Shown: positions 52,842 through 62,944 of the stretch, in pieces | How positions within the stretch are numbered: the first letter of the stretch is position 1 | How the letters are laid out: every line of letters begins with the position of its first letter | DNA from: Microcella sp. | Lineage (GTDB): Bacteria > Actinomycetota > Actinomycetes > Actinomycetales > Microbacteriaceae | Assembly: GCF_046293215.1 (NCBI RefSeq) | Contig: NZ_JBKBPI010000011.1 | Location: 1,811-65,810 of the forward strand | Length of the DNA: 64,000 bases | Direction: 5' to 3' | Translations under genes and position numbers: made by a program | The notes under the pieces: generated by a model | Database searches by the model: none | Seen by the model: only the letters and a program-made list of their open reading frames with translations | What the model was told of the DNA's origin: nothing

Positions 52842-52880
52842 CTGTGGGCGCGGGTTCCGGGGACGGGCCCGCGCCCACAG
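52842..52880 (+). terminator. GC-rich hairpin downstream of gntP (possible terminator, no U-tract)
   Basis: Perfect 13-bp stem CTGTGGGCGCGGG / CCCGCGCCCACAG. Confidence 0.4.
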
Positions 52881-52992
52881 AATGTGCCTTCCGCGGCACA
52901 GGCGCCATGAAGTAGCCGTGGCGCCGTATCCGCGGCTGTGTCAGACTTCACCCAAGGGTGAGCATCTGTCGCTCGGCCCATGACGAGGTGGG

Positions 52993-53172
52993 GTGGACCA
53001 GTTGAGTGTTGTCGCCGGGTGGACAGGGTTTTTGCTTCTGGGGGTCACGCTGCTCGTGGTCGTTGGCACGGTCGCAGTCGTCGTTGCCCTCGTCGTGTCG
53101 TCGCGACGTCGCCCCGGCGCTCAGGGATACGACGACCGCTATCCGCGCGAGGGCGGCCCTTCTGATGCCTGA
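52993..53172 (+). CDS. possible single-TM micro-protein (59 aa)
   Basis: GTG start. LSVVAGWTGFLLLGVTLLVVVGTVAVVVALVV followed by SSRRRPG. Third-position GC bias is only moderate and the ORF is not in the track. Confidence 0.25.
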   Translation: MDQLSVVAGWTGFLLLGVTLLVVVGTVAVVVALVVSSRRRPGAQGYDDRYPREGGPSDA

Positions 53173-53232
53173 CCGCTTGACGCACGGACAGGCGCGCAAC
53201 TAGCGCCCACGTCCGCGCCGTGAGGGGACCGC

Positions 53233-56200
53233 CTACCCCGCCAGCGCCTTGCGAACGCGCTGCACCGAGATCGGCCCGTGGGGCCCGAGCGGCTGGGCGA
53301 AAAGCGAGAGGCGTAGCTCCTCGAGCATCCAGCGCACCGAGACCAGCTCGGCGCGCGCGTCGGCGGGCAGCGGCAACGCCCCGCCCGACTGCTCGAAGAG
53401 GCGCTGCGCCGTCTCGAACTCGGTCTGACCGGCGCGGTCGCGGCCCGGGTTCTCGGCCAACTTCTCGACTCGGTGCGCGATGCCGCGCAGGTAAACCACG
53501 AGTCGCGGCAGGCGCTCGAGCCCCGTGCGGCCGATGAAGCCGTCGAACACCAGCTGGCTCAGCTGCGCGCGGCAGTCGGCCAGCGGCGCCATGAGCGACA
53601 GCGACGAGGTTCGGCTGATCGCCACGTCCGCCTCGCGGGCCGCCGCCAACACGGATGCCGCCGTCGCCACGATCCGGAACAGGCGATCCGGCAAACCCCG
53701 GTTCACCGCGTCGCGGACCGCCTCGAAATCGGCGTGCGTCCACGGCAGCTCGCTGCGCGCATCCATTTCGGCGTCGATGACGGCGCGCAGCGCGTCGTCG
53801 ATGAGGGCCGCCGTCGACCGGTATGGGGAGGCGGCGAGCGACAGCTTCTCGGCGTGGGTCAGGTGCTCCTGCACGTAGCTCAGCGGCGACGGCACGGCCA
53901 GCTGCACGAGGCGCCGCACTCCCGCCCGGTGCGCCCGCAGCTGATCGTCGACCGAGACCTGCAGGCGCAGCGCGACGGCCGCCCCCTCGTCGACGAGTGC
54001 CGGGTAGCCGCGGATCGTCGTCTCGGCCCGACGAACCTCGACCTGGCGGGGCACGGTGCCGGCCTCGCCGACCGTGTCGTCCCACACGGTGATGCCTCCG
54101 CGCTCGATCGGCGCCCGGGCCGCCGCCGTCGCCACGCGCGCCACCGAGTCGCGGGTGCGGGTCTTCAGCTTCGCCTGCAGCGAGGCGAGGTCGGTGCCGC
54201 GGGCGAGACGCCGCCCGCGGTCGTCGACGACGGCGTAGCCCATGCGCAGGTGCGCCGGCAGACGCTCGAGGTCGAAGTCGTCCGGCTCGACCGGCGTGAA
54301 CGTCTGCCGGCGGATCTCGCGCGCCAGAAACTCGGTGATGCGCAGCTCGCGCAGGTCGGCGCCGTCGGGCACCTCCGCCAGCAGCCGGGTCGCCCAGTCG
54401 GCCGCCGGCACAACGTTGCGCCGCACCGACTTCGGCAGGGTCTTGATGAGCGCGGTCACCAGCTCGTGGCGCAGGCCCGGCACGAGCCAGTCGAAGCCGG
54501 CGTCGTCGAGTCGGGGCAAGAGCGGCAGCGGCACAGTCACCGTGACCCCGTCGTCGGCGCTGCCCGGCTCGAAGCGGTAGCCGACGCTCAGCGTCTGATC
54601 GCCGAGCGTCAGCCGGGTCGGGTACGCGTCTTCGTCTCCCTGCGGCAGCTCCTCCGCGTCGACGAGGTCGGACCTCGACAGCGTGAGCAGATCCGGATGC
54701 TCGCGGCGCGCATCCCGCCACCACCGTTCGAAGCGGCGCACGTCGGTGACGTCCTCCGGCAGCCGCGCCTCGTAGAAGTCCACGAGCTTTTCGTCGTCGA
54801 GCAGGATGTCGCGGCGGCGCTGCCGCTCCTCGAGTTTTTCGAGTTCGCGCCGCAGCTGCGCGTTCGTGCGCAGGAAGGCTGTGAGGCGCTTGTCGAGGCG
54901 CGAGGTGTCCCACTCGCCCTCGACGAGGGCGTGGCGGATGAACAGCTCGCGGGCGAGCGGAGCGTCGATGCGGGCGAGCTGCGCGCGGCGGCGCGGCACG
55001 ATCGGCACGCCGAACAGGGTCACCTTTTCGTCGACGACGGCCGAGCCCTGGCGCTTCTCCCACCGCGGCTCGCTGTACTGCCGCTTCACGAGGTGGGCAG
55101 CAAGCGGCTCGGCCCAGGCCGGGTCAATCTGCGCGACCGTGCGGGCGAACAGTCGGCTCGTCTCGACGAGCTCGGTGGCCATCACGGCGGCCGGCTGCTT
55201 CTTTGCGAGCCCCGAGCCGGGGAAGATCACGAAGCGCCGCTGCCGCGCGCCCAGGTATTCGCGGCCGCGGGCGGAGCGGCCGGGGGAGCGGCCGTCGCGC
55301 CCCTTGTTCGTCGAGGTGGGGCTGCCGGTGTCGCGGTCGTCCCGTAGGCCGATGTGGCTGAGCAGGCCCGACAGGAGGGCTCTGTGCACCATGTCGGCGT
55401 CGGCGGTATCCTGCATCGCACCGCCAGGGACGGAGCCCTTGGGAAGGAGTCGGCGCACCTGTCGCTCGACGTCTTGCCACTCGCGAATGCGCAGGTAGTT
55501 GAGGAACTCGCCGCGCACCTCGCGCCGGAACGCGTTGCCGCTGAGCTCCTTCTGCCGCCGCTGCAGGTGCTTCCAGAGGTTCAGCAGCGTGATGAAGTCG
55601 CTCGTCGGGTCCCGGAAGCGCGCGTGCAGCTGGTCGGCCTTCTCGCGGTGCTCGGCGGGTCGCTCGCGCGGGTCCTGGATGCTCAGCCCTGCCACGATCG
55701 CGATGACCTCGCGCGCGACGCCGAGTTTTTGCGCCTCGACGACCATGCGGGCGTAGCGCGGGTCGAGGGGCAGGGGCGCGATTGCCCGGCCGACGCGGGT
55801 GATGCGCAGCTCGTCCCCGCGCTTGTCGATCGCGCCGAGTTCCAGCAGCAGGTCGACGCCGTCCTTCACGCCGCGCTTGTCGGGCGGCTGCAGGAACGGA
55901 AAGCGCTCGATGTCGCCGAGCCCGAGCGAGATCATCTGCAGGATCACGGCGGCGAGGTTAGTGCGCAGAATCTCGGGGTCGGTGAACTCGGGCCGCTTCT
56001 CGTAGTCGAGCTGCGAGTACAGGCGAATAGCGATGCCGTCGCTCGTGCGCCCCGCGCGGCCCGAACGCTGGTTGGCGCTCGCCTGCGAGATCGGCTCGAT
56101 CGGCAGGCGCTGCACCTTCGCCCGCGCCGAGTAGCGCGAGATGCGGGCGGTGCCGGTGTCGACGACGCTGCGAATGCCCGGCACCGTCAGGCTCGTCTCG

Positions 56201-57165
56201 GCGACGTTCGTCGCGAGCACGATGCGGCGACGGATGCCCGGGGCTGGCTTCTCGAAAACACGGTGCTGTTCGGCGGCCGACAACCGCCCGTAGAGCGGCA
56301 GCACTTCGGTGGCGGCGCCTCGCGTTCCGCGTTTCTGGAAGTGGCCGCGGAGCGCGTCTGCCGCATCCCGGATCTCGTTCTCGCCGCTGAAGAAGACGAG
56401 CACGTCGCCGTCGGTGTCGCGCTCGAGCTCGTCGACGGCAGCGATGACCCCCTCGATCATGTCGATCGCGTCGTCGGGGGTGCTGGGGGCGTCGGCGCCG
56501 TCGGAGTCGTCTCCGTCGTCGCCCGGCACGTCGGCATCGGGCACGAGCGGCCGGTACCGAATTTCGACCGGGTAGGTGCGCCCGCTCACCTCGATGATGG
56601 GCGCCGGGCTGCCGTCGCCTGCGGCGAAGTGCTTCGCGAAGCTCTCGGGGTCGATTGTCGCCGAGGTGATGACGAGCTTCAGCTCGGGGCGGCGGGGCAG
56701 CAGCTGCTTGAGGTAGCCGAGCAGGAAGTCGATGGTGAGCGAGCGCTCGTGCGCCTCGTCGATGATGATCGCGTCGTAGCGGTTCAGCTCGCGGTCTCCG
56801 CGCAGGGCCGCGAGCAGGATGCCATCGGTCATGAGCGTGAGGCGCGTCGCGTCGGTGACCTCGTCGGTGAACCGCACCTTGTAGCCGACGGTGTCGCCGA
56901 CCCGGGTGCCGAGCTCCTCGGCGACGCGCTCGGCAATCGTGCGGGCGGCAATACGGCGTGGCTGCGTGTGCGCGATGCGCTCGTAGCCGAGCTCGAGCAG
57001 CATCTTCGGTAGCTGGGTCGTCTTGCCCGAGCCGGTCTCGCCGGCGACGATCACGACCTGGTTGTCGCGTAAGGCTTCGAGAATGTCGTCGCGCCGCTGC
57101 GACACCGGCAGATCCGGTGGGTAGTGGATGCGCGGGTCGGCTCCCGGCGCGGCGGCGGCAATCAT
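53233..57165 (-). CDS. hrpA: ATP-dependent RNA helicase HrpA
   Basis: 1310 aa. GETGSGKTTQLPK, DEAHERS and the long HrpA-type C-terminal region. Confidence 0.95.
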   Translation of the reverse strand: MIAAAAPGADPRIHYPPDLPVSQRRDDILEALRDNQVVIVAGETGSGKTTQLPKMLLELGYERIAHTQPRRIAARTIAERVAEELGTRVGDTVGYKVRFTDEVTDATRLTLMTDGILLAALRGDRELNRYDAIIIDEAHERSLTIDFLLGYLKQLLPRRPELKLVITSATIDPESFAKHFAAGDGSPAPIIEVSGRTYPVEIRYRPLVPDADVPGDDGDDSDGADAPSTPDDAIDMIEGVIAAVDELERDTDGDVLVFFSGENEIRDAADALRGHFQKRGTRGAATEVLPLYGRLSAAEQHRVFEKPAPGIRRRIVLATNVAETSLTVPGIRSVVDTGTARISRYSARAKVQRLPIEPISQASANQRSGRAGRTSDGIAIRLYSQLDYEKRPEFTDPEILRTNLAAVILQMISLGLGDIERFPFLQPPDKRGVKDGVDLLLELGAIDKRGDELRITRVGRAIAPLPLDPRYARMVVEAQKLGVAREVIAIVAGLSIQDPRERPAEHREKADQLHARFRDPTSDFITLLNLWKHLQRRQKELSGNAFRREVRGEFLNYLRIREWQDVERQVRRLLPKGSVPGGAMQDTADADMVHRALLSGLLSHIGLRDDRDTGSPTSTNKGRDGRSPGRSARGREYLGARQRRFVIFPGSGLAKKQPAAVMATELVETSRLFARTVAQIDPAWAEPLAAHLVKRQYSEPRWEKRQGSAVVDEKVTLFGVPIVPRRRAQLARIDAPLARELFIRHALVEGEWDTSRLDKRLTAFLRTNAQLRRELEKLEERQRRRDILLDDEKLVDFYEARLPEDVTDVRRFERWWRDARREHPDLLTLSRSDLVDAEELPQGDEDAYPTRLTLGDQTLSVGYRFEPGSADDGVTVTVPLPLLPRLDDAGFDWLVPGLRHELVTALIKTLPKSVRRNVVPAADWATRLLAEVPDGADLRELRITEFLAREIRRQTFTPVEPDDFDLERLPAHLRMGYAVVDDRGRRLARGTDLASLQAKLKTRTRDSVARVATAAARAPIERGGITVWDDTVGEAGTVPRQVEVRRAETTIRGYPALVDEGAAVALRLQVSVDDQLRAHRAGVRRLVQLAVPSPLSYVQEHLTHAEKLSLAASPYRSTAALIDDALRAVIDAEMDARSELPWTHADFEAVRDAVNRGLPDRLFRIVATAASVLAAAREADVAISRTSSLSLMAPLADCRAQLSQLVFDGFIGRTGLERLPRLVVYLRGIAHRVEKLAENPGRDRAGQTEFETAQRLFEQSGGALPLPADARAELVSVRWMLEELRLSLFAQPLGPHGPISVQRVRKALAG

Positions 57166-57533
57166 CAGCCCTCCAGTCTATGGCGCGGCGCCTGCGCGGC
57201 CCGCGCGGGGGCGGTCGGTGACGCAACTGAGGCGATGAGCAGACCACGGCATCAGCGTCCATGCACGTCCCGCGTTGCCCCACGCGTCGCCCTCGCGCGT
57301 CGCCTTCGTCCTTCGTGTCGAAAACGACACCTCGTATGTCCACGGTTGTACGACGTGTCCGAAACGGTAAGACCAGGTTTGCCCCGGGTGACGAGAACGT
57401 TCGCGCCTCCCAGCTCAGCCCGCGTGACATCGGTCATGAGCGCGATCCGCATTGGCGCGAGAGCGACCCTGACCACTGCTGGTGTATACGGAAAAGCCTT
57501 GCCCTGGTGTAGATGTCGACCCAGACAGCATTT

Positions 57534-57543
57534 ATGTATACAT
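57534..57543. promoter_or_regulatory. ATGTATACAT palindrome, candidate GntR/FadR-type operator
   Basis: Fits the T-GT-N-AC-A pattern of FadR-subfamily operators. Lies 8 nt upstream of the regulator start. A second GTATAC is at 57484-57489. Confidence 0.4.
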
Positions 57544-57550
57544 TAGAAGC

Positions 57551-58228
57551 ATGGCGCAGGAGAGTGGTACGGCAGCGGATCGCGCCTACGCGACCCTGCG
57601 CGCCGCCATCATCGACGGTGAGCTCGCCCCCGGCAGCTCGCTCGCCGAGGTTGACCAGGCCCAGCGCCTCGGCATGAGTCGCACTCCCGTGCGCGAGGCC
57701 TTCGCCCGCCTCATCGACGACGGCCTCGCTACCGAGCTCGGCCCCCGCACGCTCGTCGTCAGCAGCATTGATGCCGACGACGTCACCGCCCTCTTCGACC
57801 TGCGCCGCGCCCTCGACGAGCAGGCCGCTCGCCTCGCCGCCGCCCGCGCCACCCCCGAGCAGCGCGAACGGTTCCGTACCCTCGCCGAGCGATTCGACAT
57901 TGTCACCGCCTCTTCTCTTGCTGACGACGACGCCGGGCGCCACGGCTACTACGCCCTCGTGGCCGAGTTCGACAACGCGATCGACCACGCGCTCGGCCGC
58001 AGCCGCCACCTCGCCTCCGCACTTGTGCGGGTGCGCACCCACCTCGCGCGCGTGCGCCGCCTCGCGCACGACGACGATGCGCGACTCGTCGCATCCGCCT
58101 CAGAACACGGCGCCATCGCCGCAGCCATCGCCGACGGCGACGCGGAACGGGCCGCCCACGCAACGCACCTGCACCTGCACAACGCGCTCACGAGCATCCA
58201 CGCCCACCTGAAAGGGAGCACCCCATGA
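57551..58228 (+). CDS. GntR-family (FadR/FCD-type) transcriptional regulator
   Basis: [43 protein letters not shown] is a wHTH. ATG 57551. Confidence 0.85.
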   Translation: MAQESGTAADRAYATLRAAIIDGELAPGSSLAEVDQAQRLGMSRTPVREAFARLIDDGLATELGPRTLVVSSIDADDVTALFDLRRALDEQAARLAAARATPEQRERFRTLAERFDIVTASSLADDDAGRHGYYALVAEFDNAIDHALGRSRHLASALVRVRTHLARVRRLAHDDDARLVASASEHGAIAAAIADGDAERAAHATHLHLHNALTSIHAHLKGSTP

Positions 58229-59736
58229 CGACCACGCACACCGTGCGCACCTACAAGAGCAGCGAGCCGCTCGCCGCCTCCGAGCAGCTCGCCGGCAAGC
58301 TCGCCGCTCTCGCCGCCGAGCAGGACCGCCCGCTCGACGACGCGGCCGTCGACATGGTCATCAACCGCGTGATCGACAACGCCGCCGTCGCCACCGCGAG
58401 CCTCGGCCGCGCCCCCGTCGTTAGCGCCCGCGGGCAGGCCGAAAACCACCCGTACACGCCCGGCGCCACCGTCTTCGGGCTGCCGGCAACGCAGACGGTG
58501 AGCCCCGAATGGGCCGCCTGGGCGAACGGCGTGGCCGTGCGCGAGCTCGACTACCACGACACCTTCCTGGCCGCCGACTACTCGCATCCGGGCGACAACA
58601 TCCCGCCGATCCTCGCCGTCGCCCAGCACGCCGGCGCCACCGGCGAGCAGCTGCTCAAAGGCCTGCTCACCGGCTACGAAATCCAGATCGACCTCGTGAA
58701 GGCCATCTGCCTGCACGAGCACAAGATCGACCACGTCGCCCACCTCGGCCCGAGCGCCGCGGCTGGCATCGGCACCCTGTTGAAGCTCGACCAGAGCACG
58801 ATCTTCCAGGCCATCGGCCAGGCCCTGCATACCACCACCGCCACGCGCCAGTCGCGCAAGGGCGAGATCTCGACCTGGAAGGCGCACGCCCCCGCCTTCG
58901 CCGGCAAGATGGCCGTCGAAGCCGTCGACCGGGCCCTGCGCGGCCAGACCAGCCCCAGCCCCATCTACGAGGGCGAAGACGGCGTCATCGCCTGGCTGCT
59001 CAGCGGCCCGACCGCCCGCTACGAGGTGCCGCTGCCCGACAGCGGCGAGCCGCTCACCGGCATCCTCGACAGCTACACGAAGGAGCATTCGGCCGAGTAC
59101 CAGGCGCAGGCGTGGATCGACCTCGCCCGCCGCCTCGGCACCGAGCGCCCCGAACTGCGCGACCCCGCGAACATCGCGCGCATCGTGCTGCACACGAGCC
59201 ACCACACGCACTACGTCATCGGCTCGGGAGCGAACGACCCGCAGAAGTATGACCCGACGGCCAGCCGCGAGACGCTCGACCACTCGATTCCCTACATCGT
59301 CGCCGTCGCCCTGCAGGACGGCCGCTGGCACCACGTTGACTCGTACGCCCCCGAGCGCGCCGCCCGCCCCGACACCGTCGAACTGTGGCACAAGATCACG
59401 ACGGTCGAAGACGCCGAGTGGACCCGCCGCTACCACTCGCTCGACCTCGCCGAAAAGGCCTTCGGCGGTCGCATCGAGATCGAACTCACCAGCGGCGAGA
59501 CAGTGATCGACGAGATCGCCGTCGCCGACGCGCACCCGCTCGGCGCCCGCCCCTTCGGCCGCGCCGAATACGAGAACAAGCTGCGCACTCTCGCCGACGG
59601 CGTGCTCGCCGACGACGAGGTCGACCGCTTCCTCGCGCTCGCCGCTCGCCTGCCCGAGCTCACCCCCGACGAACTCACCGGGCTCACGGTCACGCCCATC
59701 GCGCCGGTGCCCGCCGCCCCGAAGGGACTCTTCTAA
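58225..59736 (+). CDS. prpD: 2-methylcitrate dehydratase (MmgE/PrpD family)
   Basis: 503 aa, PrpD-like throughout. ATGA overlap with the regulator gene. Confidence 0.9.
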   Translation: MTTTHTVRTYKSSEPLAASEQLAGKLAALAAEQDRPLDDAAVDMVINRVIDNAAVATASLGRAPVVSARGQAENHPYTPGATVFGLPATQTVSPEWAAWANGVAVRELDYHDTFLAADYSHPGDNIPPILAVAQHAGATGEQLLKGLLTGYEIQIDLVKAICLHEHKIDHVAHLGPSAAAGIGTLLKLDQSTIFQAIGQALHTTTATRQSRKGEISTWKAHAPAFAGKMAVEAVDRALRGQTSPSPIYEGEDGVIAWLLSGPTARYEVPLPDSGEPLTGILDSYTKEHSAEYQAQAWIDLARRLGTERPELRDPANIARIVLHTSHHTHYVIGSGANDPQKYDPTASRETLDHSIPYIVAVALQDGRWHHVDSYAPERAARPDTVELWHKITTVEDAEWTRRYHSLDLAEKAFGGRIEIELTSGETVIDEIAVADAHPLGARPFGRAEYENKLRTLADGVLADDEVDRFLALAARLPELTPDELTGLTVTPIAPVPAAPKGLF

Positions 59737-60632
59737 TGCTGTCGACATCGACGACTCCCACCGAGCGCCGGCGAGCGTTCCGCGCGGGATTGCAGAGCGA
59801 GCGCCTGCAGGTCTTTCCGGGCGCGTTCACGCCCCTGAGCATCCGCCTGATTCAGGAGAAGGGCTTCGACGGCGCCTACATCTCGGGTGCGGTCATGGCC
59901 GCCGAGCTCGGCCTGCCCGACATCGGGCTGACGACGCTCACCGAGGTCGCGCAGCGCGCCCACCAGATCAGCCGCATGAGCGACCTGCCGACCCTCGTCG
60001 ACGCCGACACGGGCTTCGGCGAGCCGATGAATGTCGCGCGCACGGTTCATGAGCTCGAAGACGCGGGCGTCGCGGGCCTGCACCTCGAAGACCAGGTCAA
60101 CCCCAAGCGCTGCGGGCACCTGGATGGCAAATCGGTCGTGGATGCGGACACCGCGATCAAGAGAATCCGCGCGGCCGTCGACGCCCGCCGCGACCCCGAG
60201 CTCGTCATCATGGCGCGCACCGACATCCGCGGCGTCGAAGGGATGGACGCGGCGATTGACCGCGCAAAGGCCCTGGCCGACGCCGGCGCTGACGCGATCT
60301 TCCCCGAAGCGATGGCGACCCTCGACGAGTTCGCCGCGATGCGGCGCGCGGTCGACGTGCCGATCCTCGCTAACATGACCGAGTTCGGCAAGAGCGCGCT
60401 GTTCACCCACGCGCAGCTCGCCGACGTCGGTGTGAACATGGTGATCCATCCCGTGTCGCTTCTGCGCGTGGCGTTCGGCGCCATCGAGCGGGCGCTCGAC
60501 ACACTGCACGCCGACGGCACCCTCGACGCCGAGGTCGATGGCATGCAGACTCGAGGCAGGCTCTACGAGCTGCTCGACTACGAGGCGTACAACGCCTTCG
60601 ACGCGGGCATCTTCACCTACACCGGCCGCTGA
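59736..60632 (+). CDS. prpB: methylisocitrate lyase
   Basis: TAATG overlap. LVDADTGFGEP and LEDQVNPKRCGHLDGK motifs. Confidence 0.9.
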   Translation: MLSTSTTPTERRRAFRAGLQSERLQVFPGAFTPLSIRLIQEKGFDGAYISGAVMAAELGLPDIGLTTLTEVAQRAHQISRMSDLPTLVDADTGFGEPMNVARTVHELEDAGVAGLHLEDQVNPKRCGHLDGKSVVDADTAIKRIRAAVDARRDPELVIMARTDIRGVEGMDAAIDRAKALADAGADAIFPEAMATLDEFAAMRRAVDVPILANMTEFGKSALFTHAQLADVGVNMVIHPVSLLRVAFGAIERALDTLHADGTLDAEVDGMQTRGRLYELLDYEAYNAFDAGIFTYTGR

Positions 60633-60671
60633 CCGCCACACCGAGAGCGACCCCGAGCGAAGGAGCACGGC

Positions 60672-61811
60672 ATGAGCGACACGAACGCACCCGACATCAA
60701 GAAGGGCCTCGCCGGCGTCGTCGTCGACGAGACCGCGATCAGCAAGGTCAACCCCGAGACCAATTCGCTGCTCTACCGGGGCTATCCGGTGCAGCAACTC
60801 GCGGCGCAGTGCACGTTCGAGGAGGTCGCGTACCTGCTCTGGCACGGTGAACTGCCTACCGACCAGCAGCTGGCCGAATTCGAGGAGCACGAGCGGGCTC
60901 ACCGCCACCTCGACCGGGTCGTGAAGGAGGCGATCGACGCGCTTCCGCTCACCGCGCATCCCATGGATGTCGTGCGCACCGCGATCAGCGTGCTCGGCGC
61001 GCTCGACGAGACGCTGTCGAGCGACCGCACCTGGATCGACCGCGACTTCACGCTGCAACGATCGATGCGGATGTTCGCACAGCTCCCGGCGATCGTCGCC
61101 TACGCGCAGCGCCGCCGCCGCCACCAGCACCCGGTCGAGCCGCGCGACGACCTCGGCTATTCGGCGAACTTCCTGCACATGGTGTTCGGCGAGGTGCCCG
61201 AGCAGGTCGTCGTCGACGCGTTTGACACCTCAATGACGCTGTACGCCGAGCACTCGTTCAACGCGTCGACGTTCACGGCGCGCGTCATCACCTCGACGCT
61301 CAGCGACGTGTACTCGGCGGTGACCGGGGCGATCGGCGCGCTGAAGGGCCCGCTGCACGGCGGCGCCAACGAGGCCGTCATGCACGTGTTCGCCGAAATC
61401 GGATCCGCCGATCGTGCCGAGGCGTGGCTCGATGAGGCGCTCGCCGAGAAGCGCAAGATCATGGGGTTCGGGCACCGCGTGTACAAGAACGGCGACTCGC
61501 GGGTGCCGACCATGAAGGCGTCGCTCGAGACGCTGGTGGCGCACTACGACCGCGCCGACATGATGGAGCTGTACGACGCGCTCGAGCAGGCCATGGATGC
61601 GCGCAAGGGCATCAAACCGAACCTCGACTACCCGTCGGGCCCGGCCTACCACCTGATGGGCTTCGACACGGAGGTCTTCACGCCGCTGTTTGTGGCCGCG
61701 CGGGTGACCGGCTGGACGGCCCACGTGATGGAGCAGCTGAGCGCGAACGCGCTGATCCGCCCGCTGAGCGTCTACACGGGGTCTGATCAGCGCGACGTCC
61801 CAGCGGGCTGA
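60672..61811 (+). CDS. prpC: 2-methylcitrate synthase / citrate synthase
   Basis: 379 aa. LYAEHSFNASTF, GPLHGGANE and GFGHRVYKNGDSR motifs. Confidence 0.9.
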   Translation: MSDTNAPDIKKGLAGVVVDETAISKVNPETNSLLYRGYPVQQLAAQCTFEEVAYLLWHGELPTDQQLAEFEEHERAHRHLDRVVKEAIDALPLTAHPMDVVRTAISVLGALDETLSSDRTWIDRDFTLQRSMRMFAQLPAIVAYAQRRRRHQHPVEPRDDLGYSANFLHMVFGEVPEQVVVDAFDTSMTLYAEHSFNASTFTARVITSTLSDVYSAVTGAIGALKGPLHGGANEAVMHVFAEIGSADRAEAWLDEALAEKRKIMGFGHRVYKNGDSRVPTMKASLETLVAHYDRADMMELYDALEQAMDARKGIKPNLDYPSGPAYHLMGFDTEVFTPLFVAARVTGWTAHVMEQLSANALIRPLSVYTGSDQRDVPAG

Positions 61812-61836
61812 GAGCCGCATGGGTGAGGATGGGAGC

Positions 61837-62679
61837 ATGACTGACGCGATCCCTACGCCGCACTTGACCCTGAACGACGGAAACCGCATCCCGCAGATGG
61901 GGTTGGGGGTTTTCCTCGTCGAGCCCGACGAGGCTGAGCGCATCGTCTCCGACGCGTTCGAGGTCGGCTACCGGCACATCGACACGGCGCGCATTTACAA
62001 GAACGAGGAGGGCGTCGGTCGGGCCATCGCGTCGTCGGGCATCGCCCGGGATGAGCTCTACATCACCACGAAGCTGTGGAACAGCGACCAGGGAGCCGAC
62101 ACCGCCCGGCCCGCGCTCGAGGCCAGCCTCGAGCGGCTGGGCCTCGACTACGTCGACCTGTACCTCATCCACTGGCCGGCGCCGAAGTACGGCAAGCACG
62201 TCGAGTCGTGGGAGGCGCTTATCGCGCTGAAGGAGGCGGGCCTCGCCAAGTCGATCGGAGTCTCAAACTTCATGCAGTCGCACCTGGAAGACATCGACAG
62301 GGCCACCGGGGTCATTCCGGTCGTCAATCAGATCGAGTTGCACCCGGCGTTCCAGCAGCGCGAACTGCGCGCCTTCCAGGAGCCGCGCGGCACCCTCACC
62401 GAGGCGTGGGGGCCGCTCGGCCAGGGCAAGTACGAACTCGCCGAGCTCGCCGGCCTTGCCGAGATCGCCGAACGTCACGGCAAGAGCGTGCAGCAGATCG
62501 CGATTCGCTGGCACATCCAGGAGGGCATCATCGTCTTCCCGAAGACCACGAAGCGCGAGCGTATGGTCGAGAACGCCGACGTGTTCGACTTCGAACTCTC
62601 GGCCGACGAGATGGCGACGATCGCGGCGGCCGACCAGGGCCTGCGCGTCGGCGCACACCCCGAGAACACCGACTTCTAG
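61837..62679 (+). CDS. aldo/keto reductase
   Basis: MTDAIPTPHLTLNDGNRIPQMGLGVF, DTARIYKNE, VDLYLIHWP and FPKT motifs. ATG 61819 is an alternative start. Confidence 0.85.
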   Translation: MTDAIPTPHLTLNDGNRIPQMGLGVFLVEPDEAERIVSDAFEVGYRHIDTARIYKNEEGVGRAIASSGIARDELYITTKLWNSDQGADTARPALEASLERLGLDYVDLYLIHWPAPKYGKHVESWEALIALKEAGLAKSIGVSNFMQSHLEDIDRATGVIPVVNQIELHPAFQQRELRAFQEPRGTLTEAWGPLGQGKYELAELAGLAEIAERHGKSVQQIAIRWHIQEGIIVFPKTTKRERMVENADVFDFELSADEMATIAAADQGLRVGAHPENTDF

Positions 62680-62681
62680 GG

Positions 62682-62717
62682 TCGCAGCGTCCGCTGCGTC
62701 CGCTGCGTCCGCTGCGC
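62682..62717. repeat. about 4 copies of a 9-nt tandem repeat (CCGCTGCGT)
   Basis: TCGCAGCGT CCGCTGCGT CCGCTGCGT CCGCTGCGC, directly after the AKR stop. Confidence 0.8.
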
Positions 62718-62835
62718 TATGGCCCTAGGGCCGGCTGAGCCCCGGCGTCCTGGCCGCCCGCGCCGTCGGTGAGGCAGGGCGCACGCGCCGCGCGTGCGGG
62801 GGTGCCCGCCCCTTCCGTGAGGCACGGCGAACGCT

Positions 62836-62867
62836 GCCGCGCGCGTGCAACGTTGCACGTGCGCGGC
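62836..62867. other. 32-nt near-perfect palindrome (15/16 arm match) centred on AACGTT
   Basis: GCCGCGCGCGTGCAAC | GTTGCACGTGCGCGGC, followed by GTTCTTC. Confidence 0.7.
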
Positions 62868-62944
62868 GTTCTTCGGCGTGCTCTCTGACCGTTGGGGTCG
62901 CCGTCAAACTCCTCGACGGCGGTTCGCCCCCAGTCGTGCTGTTC

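Noticed and set aside
53045-55347. Long ORFs (672 aa minus strand out of frame, 624 aa plus strand) overlapping hrpA
   Set aside because: HrpA motifs (GETGSGKT, DEAH) fix the true frame. The alternatives are Arg/Pro/Ala-rich shadows.
57395-57402. GAACGTTC as a second LexA box upstream of hrpA
   Set aside because: The half-sites are directly abutted with no 4-nt spacer, so it does not fit GAAC-N4-GTTC.
57166-57480. Riboswitch or sRNA in the long hrpA/GntR divergent spacer (contains the small hairpin GTGTCG-AAAA-CGACAC at 57315-57330)
   Set aside because: No recognisable conserved RNA motif was visible by eye. The hairpin is short. The region probably just holds two divergent promoters, and a covariance-model scan would be needed to say more.
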